NCBI GenBank assembly: GCA_000372225.1
Contig: AQTY01000001.1
Coordinates: forward strand, 7,323 to 71,322
Direction: 5' to 3'
Length of the DNA: 64,000 bases
Origin: Candidatus Nitromaritima sp. SCGC AAA288-L16
GTDB taxonomy: Bacteria; Nitrospinota; Nitrospinia; Nitrospinales; VA-1
Position numbers and translations under genes: made by a program. Below, in pieces: positions 1-9,100 of the stretch. Under the pieces are notes generated by a model, which had not been told where the DNA came from, searched no databases, and saw only the letters and a list, made by a program, of their open reading frames with translations. Each line of letters starts with the position of its first letter. Position 1 is the stretch's first letter.

Positions 1-115
<115 letters not shown>

Positions 116-120
116 AAGTT

Positions 121-885
121 ATGAGGCGCCCTATCGTTGTTGGTAACTGGAAGATGAATATGCTTATTTCATCTTCCGGGCATTGGGTTGAAGAGCTATT
201 AAATACCTCCGATTGTGCAGGGACTTTTGATATTGTTGTCGCTCCACCGTTTACATCTCTTTCCGTAGTTCGTAAGTCTATAGAGGGGAGCAAGATCCAA
301 CTAGCCGGTCAAAATATGGCTTCAGAAGCAGAAGGTGCGCAAACCGGAGAAATTTCAGCTATTATGCTTAAAGATGCGGGTTGTGATTATGTCATATTAG
401 GCCATTCAGAAAGGCGGCAATATCACAATGAATCGGATGAGTTAATCAACAAAAAGATATTTCTTGCTTGCGAAAACGCGCTGAATGTTATTTTTTGTAT
501 TGGCGAGTCTGTTGGCGAACATAATAAAGATAAAACTAATGATGTGATAGAAAGACAGTTGTTTGATGGTCTACAAGGGTTAAAAGAAGACCAATTAAAT
601 AGTTTATTGATAGCTTATGAACCTATTTGGGCCATAGGCACTGGACATACGGCTAATCCGAATCAAGTACAGGATGTTCATAGCTTTATTCGCAGTTTAT
701 GTGAAAAGTCATTTGGAAAAGATCTGGCAAGGGCTACACGTATTTTATATGGTGGTAGTGTCGATTCCCAGAGTAGTTCGGCACTAATGGCTCAACCTGA
801 TGTTGATGGTCTTTTGGTTGGAGGAGCAAGTCTTAGATCAAAATCTTTTTATGATATAATCAAATCATCGTTTAAAGGGGATTAA
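121..885 (+). CDS. tpiA: triosephosphate isomerase
   Basis: 254-aa ORF with the MRRPIVVGNWKMN N-terminus and the AYEPIWAIGTG and GGASL motifs. Confidence 0.95.
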   Translation: MRRPIVVGNWKMNMLISSSGHWVEELLNTSDCAGTFDIVVAPPFTSLSVVRKSIEGSKIQLAGQNMASEAEGAQTGEISAIMLKDAGCDYVILGHSERRQYHNESDELINKKIFLACENALNVIFCIGESVGEHNKDKTNDVIERQLFDGLQGLKEDQLNSLLIAYEPIWAIGTGHTANPNQVQDVHSFIRSLCEKSFGKDLARATRILYGGSVDSQSSSALMAQPDVDGLLVGGASLRSKSFYDIIKSSFKGD

Positions 886-890
886 TTTTT

Positions 891-1190
891 ATGCATACCG
901 CGGTTATTATCCTGCACGTTATGTGCACTCTTTTTCTTATTCTTGTAATTCTTTTGCAAACCGGAAAGGGAGCGGCAATGGGTTCCGGCCTTGGAGCTGG
1001 GAGTAGTCAGACTATGTTCGGTAGTTCCGGTGCGGGAAATTTTTTAACCAAAATGACCACGGCTATTGCAACGTTATTTATGATTACCTCCCTTACTTTG
1101 GGGATAATGTCCACCAAAGAAAAATCTCGATCTGTAATGCCGGATTTAGAAAACCCTGCCCCTATAAGCTCTCCCGAGACAATTCCTTAA
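891..1190 (+). CDS. secG: preprotein translocase subunit SecG
   Basis: 99-aa ORF with two hydrophobic segments and [15 protein letters not shown]...[12 protein letters not shown], typical of SecG. It sits between tpiA and tRNA-Leu. Confidence 0.9.
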   Translation: MHTAVIILHVMCTLFLILVILLQTGKGAAMGSGLGAGSSQTMFGSSGAGNFLTKMTTAIATLFMITSLTLGIMSTKEKSRSVMPDLENPAPISSPETIP

Positions 1191-1222
1191 ACCGGGGATG
1201 AAAAATCAAAATAACAACACGT

Positions 1223-1307
1223 GCCGATGTGGTGGAACTGGTAGACACGTGCGCTTGAGGGGCGTATGGAGCGATCCGTGGGAGTTCGAATCTCCCCATC
1301 GGCACCA
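1223..1307 (+). tRNA. leuU: tRNA-Leu (anticodon GAG), CCA encoded
   Basis: The cloverleaf folds by hand: acceptor GCCGATG/CATCGGC, anticodon stem TGCGC/GCGTA with loop TTGAGGG, a long variable arm, T arm GGGAG-TTCGAAT-CTCCC, and a 3' ACCA. secG followed by tRNA-Leu(GAG) matches E. coli secG-leuU synteny. Confidence 0.9.
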
Positions 1308-1341
1308 ATATTTATTTTGATTTAAAAAAATAACCCGATAT

Positions 1342-1698
1342 ATGCAAGCGACTACCTTGAAGGGGCTATTCCTAGACCCCAGTTTTATCATTATTTTGTT
1401 TGTTATTCTTGGCACGATCGTTAATATTCTTATCGGTGTTAGCATACTTCCGGAAGATAAACGAAAAAAAGGTTTTAAAGCCCACCGCTTGACTTTTTAT
1501 TTTGTTGTTCTTAGCTATGTAATGTTTTTGTGGGTATCTTACTCTCCTACTAAAAATGAATGGTTTGAATATATAGTGCTGGTGTATTTTCTACTTGTCA
1601 TTCCGATAACTCGCAGAATTAATATTACTTTTCATGCCATACTAGCGTCATTGGGGCTAATTTTATTAGTTGGAGTTGCTTCATTTAGTGTGTTGTGA
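1342..1698 (+). CDS. hypothetical small integral membrane protein
   Basis: 118-aa ORF with about 3-4 hydrophobic helices. No recognisable family. Confidence 0.45.
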   Translation: MQATTLKGLFLDPSFIIILFVILGTIVNILIGVSILPEDKRKKGFKAHRLTFYFVVLSYVMFLWVSYSPTKNEWFEYIVLVYFLLVIPITRRINITFHAILASLGLILLVGVASFSVL

Positions 1699-1741
1699 TG
1701 CTTTACATTGAAAATAATTTTTTCTCAAGGCTTAAGATTTC

Positions 1742-3109
1742 GTGGAAACATTTGATGTCATAGTTCTAGGAGCAGGGTCTGCAGGAGTTTCTGCTGCTTT
1801 ACGTGCGTCTGACCAGGGGGCGCAAGTTTGCATTATTGAGCAAGAAAAGATTGGTGGCTCGTGTATCCATAAAGGTCTATATCCACTTAAACTTGGACTT
1901 GGCTTATTAAGAAATAATGAATCAAATTTTAATGTTAATGGTCACATTGACTCTGAAAAATTATTTCACAAAATAACAGATTCCATGCAGTTACTATCTA
2001 AACTCTGGGAGCAAAGACTTACTGAGGCAGGGGTGATGATTAAAATAGGTAGCGGATTGCCGCTCTCTTCAGACCTTGTGCAAGTGAGATCGAATGACAA
2101 GACTTTTGATATAGCCACAAAAAAAATTATTATAGCAACAGGATCCAGTCCTGTTCAGTTGCCTGCTCTTCCATTTGAAGGAGATATCATTGTCTCAACG
2201 GATGATATTTTCAAAAATTACTCGATTCCTGATCGAGTTTTTATTATGGGAGCTGGAGGCTATGGCTGTGAGCTTTCGAGTTTTTACCAGATGCTTGGTA
2301 GTAAAGTATTCTTAAGTTCCGATCACTCTCGACTGTTTCCGGATCAGGATCCTGAAATCATAAATAATTTAGAACGATCTCTTAAATCTTTAAAAGTAAA
2401 ACTCTTGCTTGGTAAGAAAATTTCGTCTTATTTTAAAAATAATGAGCTGTTAGATATAACCTTAGCTGAAGGTATTAAGTTTCAAACAGAAAAAATTATT
2501 TTAAATTTGGACCGTCAAGGAAATTCAGAAAATTTAGAATGCGATACATTGGGGGTTAGGGTAGGTGATAATGAAGAAATTCTTGTGAATGATAAGCTTG
2601 AAACCAGCGTGCCAGATATTTTTGCTGTGGGAAGTATTACTGGCCGAAGGAGCAGATCGGGCATTTCAGAAGAAGAGGGAAAAATTGCGGCGGACAATGC
2701 TATGGGGAAAAACAAATCTATCAATTATGACTGGATTCCATTTGTTTTTTTCACAAAACCAGAAATAGCTTCTGTAGGATGCTTCGCTGAACAAGCACAT
2801 TACAAAGGGTTTCGAGGTGTTGAGGGATGTGCTAAGTCTGAGTATTTGGATTTTTCGTTTTTAGGTGAGATAAAAGAGGGATTTTTTAAAATAGTTGCTG
2901 ATGCCAGAAGTGGTGTTGTCATCGGAGGGCAATTTGTTTCTCCCAACGCTTCACAATTGATTTCTTTGCTAGTACTGGCTATTAAAAAGGGGATGAAAGT
3001 TGGTGCTTTAGTATCTTTAGCTAATGGTAAGTCAGAGGAAATTGAAGGAATTAGAGAAGCTGCACGCTTATGCAGTAAAGCCATAAAAAAACAACACCAA
3101 ACCATGTAA
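1742..3109 (+). CDS. pyridine nucleotide-disulfide oxidoreductase, dihydrolipoyl dehydrogenase (E3)-like but lacking the second redox Cys
   Basis: 455-aa ORF with a GTG start. It has the FAD motif DVIVLGAGSAGVSAA, a second Rossmann motif IMGAGGYGCE, and an E3-like C-terminal dimerisation region. The redox-centre region reads GGSCIHKGLYPLK instead of GGTCLNVGCIPSK. Confidence 0.8.
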   Translation: METFDVIVLGAGSAGVSAALRASDQGAQVCIIEQEKIGGSCIHKGLYPLKLGLGLLRNNESNFNVNGHIDSEKLFHKITDSMQLLSKLWEQRLTEAGVMIKIGSGLPLSSDLVQVRSNDKTFDIATKKIIIATGSSPVQLPALPFEGDIIVSTDDIFKNYSIPDRVFIMGAGGYGCELSSFYQMLGSKVFLSSDHSRLFPDQDPEIINNLERSLKSLKVKLLLGKKISSYFKNNELLDITLAEGIKFQTEKIILNLDRQGNSENLECDTLGVRVGDNEEILVNDKLETSVPDIFAVGSITGRRSRSGISEEEGKIAADNAMGKNKSINYDWIPFVFFTKPEIASVGCFAEQAHYKGFRGVEGCAKSEYLDFSFLGEIKEGFFKIVADARSGVVIGGQFVSPNASQLISLLVLAIKKGMKVGALVSLANGKSEEIEGIREAARLCSKAIKKQHQTM

Positions 3110-3244
3110 GTAGCATGGATAACTTATCTTGACTGGTTTTTCCTTTTGTGATAAAAACCAACTTTCTTGACCTCTAAACCTTTGTATGATCCCACGTGGT
3201 AAGTTGTTATGGGAATATATGGGTTTGAATTACTGGAGATTTTT

Positions 3245-3811
3245 ATGGGTGAGGCGACTGTCGATTCAACTGATAAGCCTGTAGGAGCTGCGAGAAAAAA
3301 ATCAGCAAAAAAAGAAGAGCCCAAGGATACTATTTGGTCACGTAGAGATTTCTTTTCTCTTGCCGGGTGGGCTGGATTTGCGGCGACACTGGGTTTTTCA
3401 ACTTTATTTTTCACGCGTCTTCTTTTTCCCCGCGTTCTCTTCGAACCTTCTCCAATTTTTAAGGCGGGTCGCCCCAGTGATTACACTGTAGGAGACGTGA
3501 GTACTAAGTATGTTAAAGACCAGAGAGTCTGGATTGTACGCGATCTGGAGGGTATTTTTGTTATATATGCGCTCTGTACTCACTTGGGATGCACACCACG
3601 TTGGTTTAAAACAGATGCTAAGTATAAATGCCCCTGCCATGGTAGCGGGTTTACTAAGGAGGGAATAAACTTTGAGGGGCCAGCTCCTAGACCGCTAGAA
3701 CATCTTAAAATATCGCTTGGCCCCGATGGGCTTATTATTATTGATAAAAGTAAAAAATTTCTTTATGAGAAGGGCGAGTGGGGTAATCCAGGCTCAAAAT
3801 TACTTATTTGA
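3245..3811 (+). CDS. Rieske [2Fe-2S] subunit of a cytochrome b-type quinol oxidoreductase complex
   Basis: The ORF is open from 3209. ATG 3245 is preferred because GGAG lies 6 nt upstream. It carries the Tat motif SRRDFF plus a TM helix, and the Rieske boxes CTHLGC and CPCHGS. Confidence 0.9.
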   Translation: MGEATVDSTDKPVGAARKKSAKKEEPKDTIWSRRDFFSLAGWAGFAATLGFSTLFFTRLLFPRVLFEPSPIFKAGRPSDYTVGDVSTKYVKDQRVWIVRDLEGIFVIYALCTHLGCTPRWFKTDAKYKCPCHGSGFTKEGINFEGPAPRPLEHLKISLGPDGLIIIDKSKKFLYEKGEWGNPGSKLLI

Positions 3812-3878
3812 TTGAGTTTTTGCGATTCCATTTCCCTGTTTCTATTGTTCTTCTTTTTTGATCTGGAGGGTTTATATC

Positions 3879-4712
3879 TTGGCAACAAAAAAACCAGAAA
3901 TTCCTAGTCTTGCGACCTTCGTTGAGAAGATCAAAAGCGGAGAATTATTCGAAGAAATACAAAAGGACATTTTAGATTCGCAGATTTGGAAGTCATCGTT
4001 TCGGCACGGATACGCCGATACTCCAAGAAATCGGGTATTACAAATAGCAAGTAATGTCTGGCTTCACCTGCACCCAGTAAAAATTCATCGACATGCTCTG
4101 CGAATTAAGTTTACGTGGTGCATGGGTGGGATTACATTCCTTTTATTTCTATCCACTGTTGTAACAGGCGTCATTTTGATGTTTTATTACCGTCCCGTGG
4201 GGGAGTATGCATATTTTGATATGAAATATCTTCAATATGATGTGCCTTTCGGGATGCTGATGCGGAATATGCACAGATGGGCTGCACATGCCATGGTTAT
4301 TACCGTATGGCTTCACATGTTTAGGGTTTTTTTAACGGGCTCTTATAAACCACCTCGCGAATTCAACTGGGTAATTGGTGTATTTTTAGTTACTTTTACC
4401 TTATTACTCAGTTTTACTGGATATCTTTTGCCTTGGGATCAGCTTGCCATGTGGGCGGTTACTGTTGGAACAAATATGGCTCGCGCGACACCATTTCTTG
4501 GTCATGAAGGACCTTTTCAGGAATTTGTTTTTGGTGTGAGTCCCAGATACGATGCTAGATCATTACTGATCGGGGGAAGTCTGGTCGGGCCCCCTGCGTT
4601 GCTTCGGTTTTACGTCTTGCATTGCATTTTTATTCCTTTGATCGCTGGTGCTTTGATGATTGTGCATTTTTGGAGAATTAGGAAAGATGGGGGTATTTCA
4701 GGTCCTCTGTAG
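3879..4712 (+). CDS. cytochrome b6-type (N-terminal half) subunit
   Basis: The ORF is open from 3858. TTG 3879 has GGAGGG 8 nt upstream. His pairs are [16 protein letters not shown] (x13) and [16 protein letters not shown] (x14). It also has the GYLLPWDQ motif and a Cys in FTWCMGGIT. Confidence 0.9.
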   Translation: MATKKPEIPSLATFVEKIKSGELFEEIQKDILDSQIWKSSFRHGYADTPRNRVLQIASNVWLHLHPVKIHRHALRIKFTWCMGGITFLLFLSTVVTGVILMFYYRPVGEYAYFDMKYLQYDVPFGMLMRNMHRWAAHAMVITVWLHMFRVFLTGSYKPPREFNWVIGVFLVTFTLLLSFTGYLLPWDQLAMWAVTVGTNMARATPFLGHEGPFQEFVFGVSPRYDARSLLIGGSLVGPPALLRFYVLHCIFIPLIAGALMIVHFWRIRKDGGISGPL

Positions 4713-4765
4713 GTTTTTGCTTAATTGATTATCTGTTAATTTTTAATTTATTAGAGAACTTTTGT

Positions 4766-5521
4766 ATGGCAGCAGAGGACCCAAAAGTTAAAGTCGAGGG
4801 ATTAGAAGAAAAAGTCCATGTCTGGCCCTATTTGGTAAGACTTGAGTTTCTTTGCGCGCTTTTCGTTGCAATTGGCCTTACAGTTTGGTCGATTGTTATT
4901 GATGCCCCGCTGGAGGAAGCCGCAAATCCTACTAAAACTCCAAACCCTTCTAAAGCTCCGTGGTATTTTCTTGGATTGCAGGATATCCTCGTTTATTTTG
5001 ACCCTTGGTTTGCCGGGGTTATTGCCCCAGTTCTTATAATTGTGGGACTCATGCTGATTCCGTATCTTGATATAAATCCTAAAGGTAACGGATATTATAC
5101 CTATCATGAAAGAAAAGTAGCGATTTGGGTTTATAGCTTCGGGTTCATAGTCCTGTGGATTTCGCTTATCATCATGGGTGTTTTCTTGCGAGGGCCCGGG
5201 TGGAACCTTTTTATGCCTTGGCAGTACTGGGATCCACACAGGGTGATTGCCCTGGTCAACGTGGACTTGCCTTACGCGCTCGGTGTGCGTACCTATAACA
5301 TGGCTATGTTGGTTGGTGGAGCCATTGTCAGCGGTTATTTTGCACTTGGCACGGCAGCCTATTTTTTCATGGAACGAAAAGCCATAAAAAGTGTTGGCTT
5401 TTTACGTATGTTTATCAAGGTTCAGCTGTATCTTATTATGCTAGGCATGGTGATCAAGATTGTTTTGAGGATTGGGTTTAATATCAAATACATATTGGTT
5501 ACACCCTGGATTAATATTTAG
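4766..5521 (+). CDS. cytochrome b C-terminal / subunit IV-like protein
   Basis: 251-aa polytopic membrane ORF with PSKAPWYFLGLQDIL, the PEWY-type motif of PetD or the cyt b C-terminal half. It lies directly downstream of the b6-type gene. Confidence 0.85.
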   Translation: MAAEDPKVKVEGLEEKVHVWPYLVRLEFLCALFVAIGLTVWSIVIDAPLEEAANPTKTPNPSKAPWYFLGLQDILVYFDPWFAGVIAPVLIIVGLMLIPYLDINPKGNGYYTYHERKVAIWVYSFGFIVLWISLIIMGVFLRGPGWNLFMPWQYWDPHRVIALVNVDLPYALGVRTYNMAMLVGGAIVSGYFALGTAAYFFMERKAIKSVGFLRMFIKVQLYLIMLGMVIKIVLRIGFNIKYILVTPWINI

Positions 5522-5552
5522 CTTTTTCCTTAATTGTTTTTGAGAGTATATT

Positions 5553-8234
5553 TTGAATAACCCTGAAGATTCAAAACCTGAAGAGGAATCTGAGAACGAG
5601 GATAAACCTTTCGTAGACGAGGAAACTTCATACAGCTTCCTTTTTTTCGCCACATCCGGTGCTCTCCTGTTTGTCACCCTGTGGTCGTTTTGGGATGACG
5701 AGTATAGTCGTCGAGGGTACAAGCAGTATCAAAATGAGTATTTTAGATCACAGTATGCGCGTGCTGAGGATAAGTGGAAAGCGGCTGACAAAAATATCGC
5801 TTCCAAGGAGCAGGAGCTTAAAAACAGCTTAGCTCAAGTAGATAGTCAGTTGGATGATTCAGATGAATACCAGATTCTGCTTGACGAAGTTTTAGAGGCG
5901 GAAATTGAACTTGGGGAGGTAAAGGAACTAAAAAAATTCGCCGGGAGCAAACTTGATGAAGCTTATTATTTTTATAAAAAGGCCATGCACGAAGGTGAGA
6001 ACTTTGACGTGCAAAAGGCGAAAGTTCAGCTACTTAAAGAAGAAGTGAATAGCTGGAACCCTCGAATCGATGATAAAGCAAAGATCTTAAAGGTAGCTGA
6101 GGATAAACTTCTCTTACAAAAAGCAAAACAGGACGACCTTAATAAAGAATTGAATAGTCTCGTTCGTGATCGTGGAGACGCGCAACGGACTATGGATTTC
6201 TACAAACCCTTTCCGTTTGTCTGGCGGGCCACGGCGGTTGAGCAGACGGTCATCCCAGGGTATGGTAAAAACAACTTTTCTGAAATAACTTACAAGGTTG
6301 ACCGTTGTCAGACTTGCCACATTGCCTATCAAGATACATATTACGATAGTTACGAACACCCCCTTAAGACGCACCCCAACTTGGATATCCTGATTAAAAA
6401 GCATCCTCCGGGTCGGACGGGATGTACCTGGTGTCATCTTGGGCAAGGTGCGGCAACAGCACCAGCCGAAGACGCCCATGGGTCACACCACGAAATGGAT
6501 CAGACCGCTGGAATTAATGAGCCGATGAGTCATGGCATTTTCATGCAGGCGACCTGCCGCAATTGCCATGCTGAAGTGGTAAACCTTGAAGGCGCCCCGA
6601 TTTTGTCAAAAGGAAAAAGGCTGTTTATTAAACTGGGTTGCCATGGCTGTCATCTAGCAGATGGGTATAGCGATGAAGTTAAAGTTGGGCCACGGTTAAA
6701 TCGCATTGCATCTAAAGTTGATCCTAGTTGGCTTTATCGATGGGTTAAAAACCCGAAAGAGTACCTCCCAAAAACAAGGATGCCAAACTTTGGATTTGAT
6801 GACAAAGATGCTTTCGGTGTTACGGCTTATCTAATTGCATCCTCTGATAAGGACTATGTCCTTTCTGAAACGTTTGTATTTGGGGACCCGAAAAAAGGAG
6901 AAAAGCTTTTTAAAACTGTCGGCTGTCTTGCATGTCACGAGATTGATGGAAAGGGAGAGGTATTTGGTCCTGATCTTAGTCGAATCGCTAGTAAGGTTAA
7001 CGCTGACTGGGTTACATCATGGCTGAGTAACCCAAAAAACTATAATCACAAAAGCCTTATGCCTAATCTCAGGCTTTCTAAAGAGCAGGTCGATGACATA
7101 GCTTCATACCTTATGATGCATGGTGATAAAAATGTGATACCTGATATTAATAAGGCTATCAGTAATCAAGCACTGATTGATCATGGGGAAAAAGTTGTAA
7201 CGACTCGTGGATGCTTTGCATGTCATGATATCAATGGCATGGAAAATAAGGGGAGAATTGCACCTGAACTTTCTTTTTTTGGGCGAAAGATGACTAGTGA
7301 GCTTGAGTATGGTGACTCTCATATACCCCATACATGGGAAGCGTGGGCGCGCACAAAACTAAAGAAACCAGATTCTTTTCGCACTGAACGCGTATTAGAT
7401 AAAATGCCGAATTTTGGTTTAGCACCTGATGAGATTGATGCATTGGTCGTCCTCTTGAAAGGATTCAATGGAACAAAGATTCCAGAGCGCTATAGAAAAA
7501 ATTTATCCGAAAAAGAACAGATTATCGAGAAAGGTCGTCGTCTTATCACAAGGTACAATTGTAAAGGTTGTCATCATGTTGAAGGGGAGGGTGGCATTAT
7601 ACAAAAGTATATTAAGGCAAAGGCGCTATACCCCCCACCTCTTGAACTGGGGGATTACCATGTAGGAGAAAGAATAAAAGGGTCATGGCTTTATTCCTTT
7701 CTAAAAAATCCCACCACTGTTAGGAAATGGGTGAAAGTACGTATGCCAACATTTTCTTTTACCGATAAAGAGGTCCGTGACCTGACCGCTTATTTTGAAG
7801 CGATGTCACCTGCCGATAGTAAATATGAAGTAGGTGTGAATACAGTTAGGGCTAAGGATCGAATTGAAACGGGAGTTAAAGCAGTTAATTATATGGACTG
7901 CGGAAACTGCCATGATGACGGAGCAAAAGGCATAGAGTTCAGCATAGCTGGAGATCGATTGCGCCAGGACTGGATTCCCAAGTGGCTGAAGCATACAAGA
8001 GAAATGATTCCATGGACTAAGATGCCTTCTCATTGGGAGAAAAACGGGGAAGAGTTCACGGTAAAGAATAAATATAAGGAACTCAAAAGTATTGGTAATG
8101 TTGATACCCAAGTCGATTCAATTAAAAATTATTTAATTTCCTACAATACCGCTGAATACGATGATTCTCTTACACTTGGAGAAGAAGAGGATGAAGAAGA
8201 GGATGAAGAAGAGGATGAAGATGAGGACGAATAA
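5553..8234 (+). CDS. membrane-anchored octahaem c-type cytochrome
   Basis: 893-aa ORF with a TTG start and one N-terminal TM helix. Eight CxxCH sites: CQTCH, CTWCH, CRNCH, CHGCH, CLACH, CFACH, CKGCH, CGNCH. The last five lie in tandem class-I-like modules with downstream MP(N/T/S) motifs. Confidence 0.85.
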   Translation: MNNPEDSKPEEESENEDKPFVDEETSYSFLFFATSGALLFVTLWSFWDDEYSRRGYKQYQNEYFRSQYARAEDKWKAADKNIASKEQELKNSLAQVDSQLDDSDEYQILLDEVLEAEIELGEVKELKKFAGSKLDEAYYFYKKAMHEGENFDVQKAKVQLLKEEVNSWNPRIDDKAKILKVAEDKLLLQKAKQDDLNKELNSLVRDRGDAQRTMDFYKPFPFVWRATAVEQTVIPGYGKNNFSEITYKVDRCQTCHIAYQDTYYDSYEHPLKTHPNLDILIKKHPPGRTGCTWCHLGQGAATAPAEDAHGSHHEMDQTAGINEPMSHGIFMQATCRNCHAEVVNLEGAPILSKGKRLFIKLGCHGCHLADGYSDEVKVGPRLNRIASKVDPSWLYRWVKNPKEYLPKTRMPNFGFDDKDAFGVTAYLIASSDKDYVLSETFVFGDPKKGEKLFKTVGCLACHEIDGKGEVFGPDLSRIASKVNADWVTSWLSNPKNYNHKSLMPNLRLSKEQVDDIASYLMMHGDKNVIPDINKAISNQALIDHGEKVVTTRGCFACHDINGMENKGRIAPELSFFGRKMTSELEYGDSHIPHTWEAWARTKLKKPDSFRTERVLDKMPNFGLAPDEIDALVVLLKGFNGTKIPERYRKNLSEKEQIIEKGRRLITRYNCKGCHHVEGEGGIIQKYIKAKALYPPPLELGDYHVGERIKGSWLYSFLKNPTTVRKWVKVRMPTFSFTDKEVRDLTAYFEAMSPADSKYEVGVNTVRAKDRIETGVKAVNYMDCGNCHDDGAKGIEFSIAGDRLRQDWIPKWLKHTREMIPWTKMPSHWEKNGEEFTVKNKYKELKSIGNVDTQVDSIKNYLISYNTAEYDDSLTLGEEEDEEEDEEEDEDEDE
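8181..8228 (+). repeat. in-frame 12-nt tandem repeat (GAAGAAGAGGAT x3 plus one degenerate copy) encoding the poly-Glu/Asp tail of the cytochrome c
   Basis: Three perfect copies at 8181-8216, then GAAGATGAGGAC. It encodes EEEDEEEDEEEDEDED. Confidence 0.85.
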
Positions 8235-8322
8235 GGGAAAAAACTATTATTACTAAATTTATGTGCTACATTTAGTGCATAAAGAATAGACTTAATAGAA
8301 ACCTATTTTCAAAGATATAAGT

Positions 8323-8505
8323 ATGGAACCCACAGCATTAGAGAACTTTCTTCTTATCGCATTAAAACCTGATAATATGCCCATTGGAGCCATGCTGCCG
8401 ATTGTTGGTTTTGTTTTCTTTGTTGCCATTCGTCAGATGATCAAAAATGATCGTCATATAAAGAATGGCCAGAAAGAAAAAATATGGGACGAAATGATTA
8501 AATAG
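8323..8505 (+). CDS. hypothetical small membrane protein
   Basis: 60-aa ORF with one hydrophobic helix (IGAMLPIVGFVFFVAI). Its TAG stop overlaps the GTG start of the next ORF (TAGTG). Confidence 0.4.
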   Translation: MEPTALENFLLIALKPDNMPIGAMLPIVGFVFFVAIRQMIKNDRHIKNGQKEKIWDEMIK

Positions 8506-9002
8506 TGGGACTTTTTGTAATATCTGGTATTGCTTTTTTAGTAGGCATTATTTTAATAGTGCTACTTAAAAACGTAGCGCCTCCTGCCCCAAAAGATCAG
8601 TTGCACTTCAAATCCTCGGATGATATTCCTCCTTTCCTGATGGATCAGGACGCATTTCAGGAAAAATGCGTAGAATTTCTTTCCAAGTTTAATCTTGAAC
8701 ACAAACATTCCATTTGGGCTAACAATAGCGAGCTAGAAATAGCAATGCATGACGAAACACCTGTGGTTGGCGGAGTATATTTGGCTTTATGTATAATAGA
8801 CCCGCCGAATAAAATAGTTGATGCTATGAAGGTAAAAGGATTTATCGACACGGTAAAAGGTGAAGGAGCTGCAAAGGGAATCCTTATTACGACCGGTTAC
8901 TTTGATGATAAAGCAATCAACTTAGTCGAAGACGAGCCCATAGAGTTAGTCAATGTTGTAAGCTTTCTTTCTTATCTGAAAAAATTTGGAATTTATGAAT
9001 GA
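8505..9002 (+). CDS. membrane-anchored protein with restriction-endonuclease-like (Mrr_cat-like) C-terminal pattern
   Basis: 165-aa ORF with the N-terminal TM helix GLFVISGIAFLVGIILIVLL. The C-terminal pattern ...ELEIAM...VYLALCI...VKGFIDTVKGEGAAKGILITTGYFDDKAINLVEDEPIELVN resembles Mrr_cat by eye. The Lys of the QxK motif is not evident. Confidence 0.4.
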   Translation: MGLFVISGIAFLVGIILIVLLKNVAPPAPKDQLHFKSSDDIPPFLMDQDAFQEKCVEFLSKFNLEHKHSIWANNSELEIAMHDETPVVGGVYLALCIIDPPNKIVDAMKVKGFIDTVKGEGAAKGILITTGYFDDKAINLVEDEPIELVNVVSFLSYLKKFGIYE

Positions 9003-9100
9003 TTAAAGCTAGCATATTAGATTCTAGTGTAATTTTCTTATATCTTTTAGACTGGGTTGATTACTTATCTTAATAGAATATTTTATCATTTGAATGATAT

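Noticed and set aside
1206-1445. 79-aa minus-strand ORF
   Set aside because: It lies antisense across the well-folding tRNA-Leu(GAG) at 1223-1307 and has no supporting motif.
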